Positions 7,034 to 15,388 of a DNA stretch of 64,000 nucleotides are shown here, piece after piece (the stretch's first letter is position 1; each line of letters opens with the position of its first letter). Below the pieces are notes generated by a model. That model was not told the origin of the DNA, did no database searches, and worked only from the letters and a program-made list of their open reading frames with translations. Origin of the DNA: Candidatus Terrybacteria bacterium RIFCSPHIGHO2_01_FULL_48_17 (lineage in GTDB: Bacteria > Patescibacteriota > Minisyncoccia > Terrybacterales > 2-01-FULL-58-14). The stretch covers positions 7,186 through 71,185 of the forward strand of contig MHSS01000004.1 of the NCBI GenBank assembly GCA_001822835.1, read 5' to 3'. The translations under genes and the position numbers were made by a program.

Positions 7034-9235
7034 ATGATTTCGTGGATTTCGCGTGCATGCAAAAGCCATCCTAGCTTTTTTGAGCTTGGCCTACGGCTTG
7101 AGCTTGCCCAACACCATGTGCCGAATATAAAACTAAACCGAAAAAAGTTGCGCCGGGCAGCTGGTGCTGGCATGGTCGTATTTTCCATCATCACCATGAG
7201 CATGACGCCCTTTGCGGATCGCACGGCTTTTTCAGCACCCGAAGGATCATATACTGCAACGGGAGGGAGAAATGCCGACGACACACGAGTATGGAATTAC
7301 ACCATTTCAGAGGTTGGCAATGCAAAAGATATCAGCCACATCAGCATCAAGACATGTTTTACAACCGAAGAACTAAATGGCGGGGTTCTCATCGATACCG
7401 ATCCCGAAGATGCATCGGTCGGATATGATGGCTCAACCGGTTTTAACAACGTCATTAAATGGGACCGCAATTTTGAGGCACCCGCAACTGTATCTATCAC
7501 CCTCGACCAAGCTTATGGAATAGATCCAACAGGGACAACGGTGATCATTAAATACGGTCCCACCTATGTTGCGGTCGCCGTTCCCGGTCCCTCCTGCGGC
7601 CAAGCACCACCTCCCCCTCCGCCGCCACCGCCACCCGCAGAATGTCGTCTTGAAATAGAAAAATCGGTTGACAAAACGAGTGCCCTAGACGACGACATCC
7701 TTACGTATACCCTTGCCTTCCGCAACATAGGCACGCGAAACTGCACCGGCGGCGGCGTTAAGGTAAAAGATGTCGTCCACGACTATCTCGTTTTCCAAAA
7801 TTCAACGCATTCGGACAATATAAGTTCTGGCTACAACGGCCCGCCCTATAACAGCGGTTCACGAACACTCATGTGGAATGCGCATGAATTGACGCCAAAT
7901 GAATCGGGGTCTGCAGTATGGACCGCCAAAGTAAACCTTCCTGACTCCTGCGGCACATACGAGATTCCCAACAAAGGCAGCATTACCTCGCAAGAGTATA
8001 ATCATTTTGCAACCTGGGTTGAAAGCAACACGGTGGTTACATCGGTTACAAAAAACTGCCCTCCCCCTCCTCCCCAAAATGCAACGCTCACTATTACCAA
8101 AACCGTAGTGAATGATAACGGAGGCGATGCCCATATATCTGATTTCGCCCTTTTCATTAACGACACGCCAACAACCAGCGGAGCTTCGGTTGTATTGCCG
8201 GCTGGCACATATATTGCAAGCGAACAAAATCTTTTCGGCTACGAAGCAGGTCCCTGGGGCGGCGATTGTTCTACCAGTGGCACGGTAAGCCTTGAAGCCG
8301 GCGACAACAAAACCTGCACCATCACGAATGACGACATCCCATCACCGCCACCTCCCCCTCCGCCGCAATCTCCGCCCCCACCACAATCATCAACGGTCGC
8401 GCCTCGCCTTACGATCTTGAAAACCGTTTCCGATGCATTTACCACGCCGGGCTCAACGCTTACATACGAAATCGTTGTAACAAATGTTGGAAATGGTGCT
8501 GCAAACAACACCATGCTGCAAGATGTCCTCCCCGCCGATTTCGTTTACACAGATACGGGGCTTACCTCAAAAACCTGGAATTTGGGAGGATTGGCTGCGG
8601 GCGCCTCACGTAGCGTGATGTATTCCGTAAAGGTGGAGAGCGACGCGCAGGAGGGCCTTCATACAAATATCGCGACCGCATCTGCCTCAAACCACGGATC
8701 GGTTTCTGATGCCGCAGATGTTGATATACGAAATCCTGCCGTGTTGGGAGGAGAACCCGAGCTCACCATAGAAAAGACGGCAAACGTTTCATTCACAAAC
8801 CCTGGAGCAATAGTGATTTTTACCATTACCGTAAAAAATAGAGGAATCGGCGTCGCAGAAAACGTAATTGTACGCGACACCCTGCCTCCTGGATTTGTCG
8901 AGACGACTTCAAACGCTTCCACGGTCGAATGGCACCTGGGCGACCTTGCGGCAGAAGAAGAGCGAACAATAACATTTCAGGCGCGCGTTGCTCAAGACCT
9001 TATACCAGCAATCTATCGTAACGTGGCATCAGTAAAGGCGGATAATCACGGATCGATGAAAGATACCGCGGATGTTGAAATTCGAGCGGGGGACGTGCTT
9101 GGTTTTGCGGAACTACCCGCAACGGGAGGGAATCTTTTGGCAAGCCCTTTTATAAGAATTGGACTAACACTTCTTATAATGCTTTTGGGCATTGCCTTGC
9201 TCGTAGACGTAAAACGCCTTGGTTTTATGCGCTAA
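7034..9235 (+). CDS. DUF11-repeat surface protein with LPxTG sorting signal
   Basis: Repeated L.I.K......PG...TY.I.V.N.G Ig-like units, poly-Pro linkers, C-terminal LPATG + TM + KR. The true start may be further downstream. Confidence 0.85.
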   Translation: MISWISRACKSHPSFFELGLRLELAQHHVPNIKLNRKKLRRAAGAGMVVFSIITMSMTPFADRTAFSAPEGSYTATGGRNADDTRVWNYTISEVGNAKDISHISIKTCFTTEELNGGVLIDTDPEDASVGYDGSTGFNNVIKWDRNFEAPATVSITLDQAYGIDPTGTTVIIKYGPTYVAVAVPGPSCGQAPPPPPPPPPPAECRLEIEKSVDKTSALDDDILTYTLAFRNIGTRNCTGGGVKVKDVVHDYLVFQNSTHSDNISSGYNGPPYNSGSRTLMWNAHELTPNESGSAVWTAKVNLPDSCGTYEIPNKGSITSQEYNHFATWVESNTVVTSVTKNCPPPPPQNATLTITKTVVNDNGGDAHISDFALFINDTPTTSGASVVLPAGTYIASEQNLFGYEAGPWGGDCSTSGTVSLEAGDNKTCTITNDDIPSPPPPPPPQSPPPPQSSTVAPRLTILKTVSDAFTTPGSTLTYEIVVTNVGNGAANNTMLQDVLPADFVYTDTGLTSKTWNLGGLAAGASRSVMYSVKVESDAQEGLHTNIATASASNHGSVSDAADVDIRNPAVLGGEPELTIEKTANVSFTNPGAIVIFTITVKNRGIGVAENVIVRDTLPPGFVETTSNASTVEWHLGDLAAEEERTITFQARVAQDLIPAIYRNVASVKADNHGSMKDTADVEIRAGDVLGFAELPATGGNLLASPFIRIGLTLLIMLLGIALLVDVKRLGFMR

Positions 9236-9241
9236 CTACTT

Positions 9242-9907
9242 ATGACCGCAATGATGATTCTGCAAAAAGAAAACCACAAAAAAGCGCCGGCGATCAGGAT
9301 TAACCGCACGTGGCGGAGGTCTTCGATTATTGGTTTGCGCCATGCGTTCGGAATGTTCTTTATTGCAGCGGGTATCGCGCTATTTGGGTTTTGGGCGATA
9401 CAGCCTGGAAGTTTTCTTGCTGCGTCTCTTACGTCGTCACTTCCATCAAGCATCCCCGCGCAGCCAGACGTTCCCGTACCGGAAATAGCCGCGACGCTTA
9501 ACGCAAACAACCAAGATGCGCCACGCCTCGTTATAGAAAAAATCGGTGTAAATATGCCCATCGTTGAAGGAAAAGACGAAAGCGCTCTCCTAAAAGGCGC
9601 CTGGCGCTCACCTTGGTCAAGCACCCCAGATCAGGGGGGTAACACGGTGCTTTTCGGACACCGATGGTACCATAAGCCGCCACATCCGGAAACTTTTTAT
9701 GCGCTGGATAAAATAGCGGTAGGCGATACCTTTAATATCTCCTGGAAAGGCGCGATCTACCATTACCAAGTTATCGAAACCAAAGTAGTTTCTCCGAAAG
9801 AAATTTCGGTACTCAAACCAACGGACGACTCCGTGGTAACGCTCATCACCTGTACTCCGCTTTATAGCACCAAGCAACGCCTCATTGTCCGTGCAAAACT
9901 GCTATAA
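9242..9907 (+). CDS. sortase (class D/E-like)
   Basis: N-terminal TM, GNTVLFGHR, TLITCTP, QRLIVRA catalytic H/C/R. Confidence 0.93.
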   Translation: MTAMMILQKENHKKAPAIRINRTWRRSSIIGLRHAFGMFFIAAGIALFGFWAIQPGSFLAASLTSSLPSSIPAQPDVPVPEIAATLNANNQDAPRLVIEKIGVNMPIVEGKDESALLKGAWRSPWSSTPDQGGNTVLFGHRWYHKPPHPETFYALDKIAVGDTFNISWKGAIYHYQVIETKVVSPKEISVLKPTDDSVVTLITCTPLYSTKQRLIVRAKLL

Positions 9908-9915
9908 TATATAGT

Positions 9916-10932
9916 ATGTGGAACATGCATAAGCTTTCACCATTACACATAGCTCGGAACTTTTTCCTTCCCGGGCAAGAAAACCGTTTTGTGCCACCGG
10001 CCCTAAGCGCCCGCGCCTTGGTATACTACGGCATCTTAACAATGCTGGTATTGGCATCGCTCTCGCCATTAACCCAAACGGTGTCTTGGAGGATTTTTTT
10101 GGGTGCGCTTTCAGAAGAGGTTATCCTTGCCAAGGTAAACCCGGAGCGAGAGGCGGTTGCCGTAAATCCCTTGCGTGTCGATCCACTCCTTTCTGAAGCG
10201 GCACGCCTGAAAGCAGAAGACATGATTGCGCGCGATTACTTTTCGCACTACGACCCCGATGGTTCAAAACCATGGATTTGGTTTAAAAGGGTGGGATATA
10301 CATATGCGGCAGCCGGAGAAAATCTCGCAATAGATTTTTCGGATCCAGCCGCGCTCATGAATGCCTGGCTTGCTTCACCTTCGCACGCAAAAAACATCCA
10401 TAATGGAGTTTTTGCTGATGTGGGAATTGGAATTGCAAAAGGTAATTTCCAGGACCGCGAAACTGCAGTCGTGGTAATGTTTCTAGGCAACAAAGCGGCA
10501 CCAACCGTTCTGGCAACAACGACGCCACAACCAGCTCCGCCGCCACCCGAAACGCCCCCGCAGCCATCGCCGGAACCCAACCCGCAGCAAGCCCCAGAAC
10601 CGGAACCGGAGCCGACCCAACCCTTACCACAACAGGAGCCGACGCCCACCGAACCGCAAACACCGGCAACCGAACCGCTGATTATTCAAACCGCTCTTCC
10701 CGCTGAAACCCAAATTTTCAACGCGCCAATAGAGGAGCCAAACGCCTTTAGCGTTAACACGCGCGCATTTATTTTTACGAGGGTTCCCGCGTTCCTGCGT
10801 ATCGGTCTCTCGCTTATTATGATGGTTTCCCTTTTGGGAATTCTGATACGGCCACGCATGGCGCTTGTTTCCGCGCGCTCCCTTCTTGTGGCCCTATTTT
10901 TGCTTTCGCTTTGGGCTCCTAATCTAATTTGA
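9916..10932 (+). CDS. CAP/SCP domain membrane protein with Pro-rich linker
   Basis: DYFSH, AAGENLA, WLASPSHAKNI, VGIGI; C-terminal TMs. Confidence 0.88.
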   Translation: MWNMHKLSPLHIARNFFLPGQENRFVPPALSARALVYYGILTMLVLASLSPLTQTVSWRIFLGALSEEVILAKVNPEREAVAVNPLRVDPLLSEAARLKAEDMIARDYFSHYDPDGSKPWIWFKRVGYTYAAAGENLAIDFSDPAALMNAWLASPSHAKNIHNGVFADVGIGIAKGNFQDRETAVVVMFLGNKAAPTVLATTTPQPAPPPPETPPQPSPEPNPQQAPEPEPEPTQPLPQQEPTPTEPQTPATEPLIIQTALPAETQIFNAPIEEPNAFSVNTRAFIFTRVPAFLRIGLSLIMMVSLLGILIRPRMALVSARSLLVALFLLSLWAPNLI

Positions 10933-11014
10933 ATAATCAATTCATCCACCGCTTAAACAATACCCCTTTCATTGGGGTATTGTATTTTATGGTCAGACAG
11001 GTACGATAAGAGTA

Positions 11015-12322
11015 ATGCGCTCTTTTCAAAAAGGGGAAAAAGAGATGAATAAACTTGATCGGAAGGCAAGCGCGCTTCTTGCAAAAAATCGAAGAACTGC
11101 AACACATAACGGCCGCACATATATCTATACCGTACCTTCCCCCAAAACCTACCCCTTCCAATGGTTTTGGGATTCCTGTTTCCATGCGATGGTCTATGCA
11201 GCGCTCGGTGAGGTCGAACATGCAAAAAATGAGATGGAAAGCTTGCTTTCGTGGCAGCAAGAAGATGGATCAATCCCCCACGTGATTTTTTGGGATCAGT
11301 CAAAGGTACGGCGATTTCCCCGCCGTTGGCATCTTCTCGAAAGCCACGGTGGCATTTCCTCGTTCTTTCCGTGGGCTCCGAAGCCAAAACACACCGCTCT
11401 TATGCAGCCGCCCGTGCTTGCCGAGGCGCTTGATCGTATTGCGAAAGCAGGGGGCGATCCACGGTGGTTTGCCGAAGTCCTTCCAAAAGCAAATCGCTAT
11501 TACCAACATCTTCTTGACGTACGGGATCCTGATCGCGATGGCTTAATAAGCATTGTGGCGCCTTTTGAATCGGGGCTTGATTATAGCCCCGCATATGATC
11601 CAGTGCTCAACCTTAAACCAAATTCTCCTCTCTTTGTTCTAGCTTTTGCGCCCCGGATTGTAACGCTCTCCAATAAAATTCGTTTTGGAAACGACATCCC
11701 GCGAATTCTTGCCAAAGGGAGATTTCATGTTGAAGACGTTTTCGTCAACGGGCTTTTGGCACATAATCTTCAAATTCTGGCAGAGCTTAATAAACAAGCG
11801 GGGAATCCCTATGAGCATTGGATCGCGTCCGCATTGAAAACGTCAGAATCTCTGCTTGGCAAATGCTACGACAAAGAACGAAGGGCGTTTTTTAATCTCT
11901 CCGGCAGGAACGAAAGGCGCTTTCCCGTGCTTAGCATTCATTGCTTCATTCCGCTTTTGGCGCCATATATGCCGGTTCAAATTGCACGCGATGTTATTGA
12001 AGCGCATCTTCTCAACGACAAAGAATTCTGGCCACCGTATCCGGTTCCGAGCGTTTCTATGTCGGAATCTTCTTTTACTGCGGCGCCACGGTATTTTTTG
12101 CGGGGGGATCTCATTTGGCGCGGAGGGTCATGGGTAAACACAAATCGTTATTGCGCAATTATTTTGGAACGCTACGGTTATAACGGCCAGGCAGATTTTT
12201 TGCGCAGAAAAACGCGCATGGCGTTTCTGCAAAACAATTTCCGGGAATATTGTAATCCCATAACCGGAGAAGGGTATGGCGCAGAGAACTTTGGGTGGTC
12301 AACGCTTGTGGTGGATATGTAA
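11015..12322 (+). CDS. six-hairpin glycoside hydrolase (GH63 / MGH1-like)
   Basis: YPFQWFWDSCFHA, QPPV, ESGLDYSP, WRGGSWVNTN, FREY.NP.TGEG.GA..FGWS. Confidence 0.85.
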   Translation: MRSFQKGEKEMNKLDRKASALLAKNRRTATHNGRTYIYTVPSPKTYPFQWFWDSCFHAMVYAALGEVEHAKNEMESLLSWQQEDGSIPHVIFWDQSKVRRFPRRWHLLESHGGISSFFPWAPKPKHTALMQPPVLAEALDRIAKAGGDPRWFAEVLPKANRYYQHLLDVRDPDRDGLISIVAPFESGLDYSPAYDPVLNLKPNSPLFVLAFAPRIVTLSNKIRFGNDIPRILAKGRFHVEDVFVNGLLAHNLQILAELNKQAGNPYEHWIASALKTSESLLGKCYDKERRAFFNLSGRNERRFPVLSIHCFIPLLAPYMPVQIARDVIEAHLLNDKEFWPPYPVPSVSMSESSFTAAPRYFLRGDLIWRGGSWVNTNRYCAIILERYGYNGQADFLRRKTRMAFLQNNFREYCNPITGEGYGAENFGWSTLVVDM

Positions 12323-12396
12323 CCCTAGAAGCGGATCCGCACCGACTTATGTTCCGAACAATACTAAAACAAGTTACCCCGCCTTATGGCGGGGTT

Positions 12397-12825
12397 TTAA
12401 TCAACAAAAGAAATAACTTCTTCGGTTATCTTGATAAGCTTTATAAGTTTTGTGGTCCAGCTTGAGCTTCCGTCCATTTGGGCAAAAACCAGTAGTTTTT
12501 CTCTCGCCTCGGCACGAGCGCCCTCATCCGTTTGCGCACGGAGGTCTTCCGTCCATCTCCGAAGCTCCTGCCCTTTCTTCCAATTGTGGCGCAAGTCGTC
12601 TTCTTTCACATACGACGCAAACTGCGCAACATAACGAAAAGAGAGGTTCTTGAGAGAACACAGGTAAAAATTACACCCAGGATTCTCTACTCCTAACGCA
12701 TCGAGCAGGTCTCCGATTTTACATTCAAGCTCTTCGTTATTGGGAGCATCAATTTCATAGGTATGATTTTCCCACAACCAAGGGGCGGCTTTGGGTTCAT
12801 GCGTAATAATGGCTTCGTACCGCAC
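12397..12825 (-). CDS. hypothetical protein (standalone cassette)
   Basis: TTGACA promoter, SD TAAGGAGG, GTG start, terminator hairpin at 12376-12395. Confidence 0.7.
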   Translation of the reverse strand: MRYEAIITHEPKAAPWLWENHTYEIDAPNNEELECKIGDLLDALGVENPGCNFYLCSLKNLSFRYVAQFASYVKEDDLRHNWKKGQELRRWTEDLRAQTDEGARAEAREKLLVFAQMDGSSSWTTKLIKLIKITEEVISFVD

Positions 12826-12890
12826 GAATTCCTCCTTATTTTCAAATTGCTATCTTTATATTTCTAACACAAAAAGGTTTCGTTGTCAAA

Positions 12891-12906
12891 AGTTTCACGT
12901 GAATAA
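12891..12906. promoter_or_regulatory. possible degenerate parS site
   Basis: AGTTTCACGTGAATAA matches TGTTTCACGTGAAACA at 13/16, with an intact TTCACGTGAA palindrome. Confidence 0.35.
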
Positions 12907-12924
12907 TCCCCCTCGTTTTACCTC

Positions 12925-13845
12925 CTACCCTTTGTTGCCTCGACTCAAGTATTTCCTATGCACTTCTTTAAGTTGTGGGTCGGTAACGTGGGTATAAACC
13001 TGCGTGGTTGTGATTGACGCATGCCCCAAAATCGCCTGAACAGAACGAAGGTCGGCGCCGTTTCGTAAAAGATCGGTAGCAAGGGAATGACGCATCGTAT
13101 GAGGGGTCACCTTTTTCCCTACGATTCCGGTTTTTACCGCATAGTGTTGTACCAAACGCTCTATGGAGCGTGGCGTTAAACGAGAGAAAAGATTCCCCTT
13201 CCCTCGTGGAATACGCACAAAAAGCGCCTCTTCCACTATATCTTTCCGCGCATCAAGCCATGTCTTCAACGCTTTTTTGGCGCGGTCAGATAAAAATACA
13301 ACCCGCACCTTTCCACCCTTCCCTCGCACAGAAAATTCTCCTTTCTTAAGATTTGCATCGCCGATATTAAGAGCGCATAGCTCTGAAACCCGTAAGCCGG
13401 TTGAAAAAAGGGTTTCCAAAATTGCCCGATCGCGCATAGCTCGCATACCAACACCCTCTGGCGCTTGAAGCAATCGCTCAAGCTCCTCTGGTTCCAAAAA
13501 CGAAACCTCGCGGTCTGGCTGTTTGGCAAGCTCAATCCGTTCAGCCGCCAACGCCTCAATCCCCTTATGGGCCAAATATTTAAGAAATGCGCGCAATGCA
13601 ATCAGATGATAGTTCTGTGTCTTTTGGTTAAGGGAAGGGCTCTGCCGATTCATCCATAAACGAAACTGTCGTACTCCCTCTTCCGTGAGATCCGAGAGAT
13701 CTAGTTTTTCCGCGTTGCCTTCTTTTGCAATAAATGCGAACAGGCGGCTCAAATAATGGTCGTAATTTTCAACGGTTTTGGGGGATCGTCCCCGCTCGAT
13801 CTCAATATACTCAAGAAATCGTTTTTTGGACTCATCAAGTTTCAT
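12925..13845 (-). CDS. xerC: XerC/D-family tyrosine recombinase
   Basis: SAM-like N domain, TGLRVSEL, GKGGKVR, HTMRHS, LGHASITTTQVY. Confidence 0.9.
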   Translation of the reverse strand: MKLDESKKRFLEYIEIERGRSPKTVENYDHYLSRLFAFIAKEGNAEKLDLSDLTEEGVRQFRLWMNRQSPSLNQKTQNYHLIALRAFLKYLAHKGIEALAAERIELAKQPDREVSFLEPEELERLLQAPEGVGMRAMRDRAILETLFSTGLRVSELCALNIGDANLKKGEFSVRGKGGKVRVVFLSDRAKKALKTWLDARKDIVEEALFVRIPRGKGNLFSRLTPRSIERLVQHYAVKTGIVGKKVTPHTMRHSLATDLLRNGADLRSVQAILGHASITTTQVYTHVTDPQLKEVHRKYLSRGNKG

Positions 13846-13985
13846 ACGTTTTTCGTTTATGCATCCAATCCGTATATATGCGTCTATTTATATTGTACGA
13901 CATTTCATTGCTATTCAAAACGTTGACTTTTGAACATATCTATGCTATCCTAAAATCAGGTTCATCGAAAGAAAAAGAGGACGAT

Positions 13986-14360
13986 ATGAATTTGTTCGTA
14001 TATGGAACCCTCACGAAGCCGAGGGTGCAACAAAAAGTGCTCGGGCATACAGCGCAATCGCAGCCCGCAATACTTAAGAACCACACCTTCATTCGAACGC
14101 CTGCGAATTTCGGAAATTATCTTATGGCAGTTCGTAGCATGGGTAATCGCGTACACGGACTACTCCTCTCTGGCCTCTCAAAAGAGGATTTCGAAAAGCT
14201 CGACGAGTACGAGGAAATAGATCAGGAAGGGTGTCCGTACCATCGAAAGGACCTTTTGGTGGTTCTGGAAAACGGCGCGACGGTCTGGGCCGCTGTGTAT
14301 GTGGGAGGCGCAAAACCAAGGTCGCGCCCCAAACATAGCCCATTCGATATTGGTCTGTAG
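13986..14360 (+). CDS. gamma-glutamylcyclotransferase (AIG2-like) family protein
   Basis: MNLFVYGTL ... LDEYE ... Y.R ... AAVY; own promoter, SD and terminator. Confidence 0.85.
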   Translation: MNLFVYGTLTKPRVQQKVLGHTAQSQPAILKNHTFIRTPANFGNYLMAVRSMGNRVHGLLLSGLSKEDFEKLDEYEEIDQEGCPYHRKDLLVVLENGATVWAAVYVGGAKPRSRPKHSPFDIGL

Positions 14361-14457
14361 ATCCCCCAAACATGGGGGTTCTCTTCTTTTAATAAAACCT
14401 TATCCCCAATTTCCTTGTTGCCACCCCAATATGGTATACTATCTTTGACTTTTATTT

Positions 14458-14721
14458 ATGCTCACTCCCAGACAAAAAGACCGTATCATCAAAAAGCATA
14501 ACCTGCATGATGCCGATACCGGCTCACCCGAAGTGCAGGTTGCTTTATTGTCCGATGAAATCAAACGGCTCACGCTACATCTAAAAAAACATCCGAAAGA
14601 TCATTCGTCCCGCCGCGGACTTTTAAAAATGGTTGCGAAACGCAAGAGTTTACTCGATTATCTCCGCGAAAAAAATGCGCGCCGTTATAACAAACTCGCC
14701 AAAGCCCTTGGCCTTGCTTAA
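14458..14721 (+). CDS. rpsO: 30S ribosomal protein S15
   Basis: [27 protein letters not shown]. Confidence 0.98.
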   Translation: MLTPRQKDRIIKKHNLHDADTGSPEVQVALLSDEIKRLTLHLKKHPKDHSSRRGLLKMVAKRKSLLDYLREKNARRYNKLAKALGLA

Positions 14722-15263
14722 TGGTTATCAAACATCCCTCACAACGCGTAGCTGTCTTAGTGGACGTCCAGAACATGTACCACAGCGCCCGGCACCTTTT
14801 TGGCGCGCGGGTGAATTTTAAGGCCCTGCTTGACGCGGCAGTGGCAAAGCGCCAGCTTATCCGTTCTATTGCATACGTGGTACGCTCAGGAGACCAAGAA
14901 GAAAAAACGTTTTTTGATGCCTTGACGAAGGCATCTTTTGAGATAAGGATGAAGGAGCTACAGATCTTTCAGGGCGGCATGAAAAAGGCCGACTGGGATG
15001 TGGGCCTTACGGTAGACGCCATACGTCTCGCCCCCTCGCTTGATGCGATCGTGATTGTGTCGGGAGACGGAGATTTTGTGCCGTTGGTCGAATACCTCAA
15101 AATGAATAAGGGCCTTCAGGTCGAGGTCATGGCCTTTGCAAAATCTTCCTCGCAACGCCTAAAAGAAGCCGCTGATGAATTCATCGATCTTGGCAGTAAC
15201 AAATATCTTTTAAATATTCCTCCTAGTCGCGCGCGGCGCACGATTCAACGGACGAGCACCTAG
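14721..15263 (+). CDS. NYN domain (LabA/DUF88) protein
   Basis: VDVQN, KADWDV, VSGDGDF, LKEAADEFID. Confidence 0.9.
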   Translation: MVIKHPSQRVAVLVDVQNMYHSARHLFGARVNFKALLDAAVAKRQLIRSIAYVVRSGDQEEKTFFDALTKASFEIRMKELQIFQGGMKKADWDVGLTVDAIRLAPSLDAIVIVSGDGDFVPLVEYLKMNKGLQVEVMAFAKSSSQRLKEAADEFIDLGSNKYLLNIPPSRARRTIQRTST

Positions 15264-15388
15264 GAAGCCCTAAGCGCTTCCCAAGGGAAAGAGGGTACAG
15301 TACAAGAGAAATTTCCATTCCTGATTTTCTTGTATTCTTCTCTCTTTCTCTCCTCCTTTGAGCGTGGGCAGCCAACGCGCATTGTGTT

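Noticed and set aside
7050-7112. c-di-GMP-I riboswitch upstream of or inside the DUF11 gene
   Set aside because: GCAAAAGCC and GGCCTAC resemble parts of the motif, but the GGCAAA / GNRA-loop P2 element is missing.
7606-10680. C-rich repeats in the DUF11 and CAP genes
   Set aside because: Codon-level poly-Pro linkers with period 3, not part of the heptamer family.
12925-13845. Prophage or island integrase
   Set aside because: Size and motifs fit a housekeeping Xer; no arm-binding domain, att sites or phage genes nearby.
13734-13985. Long N-terminus on the GGCT ORF
   Set aside because: It overlaps xer on the opposite strand; the promoter, SD and family motif point to ATG 13986.
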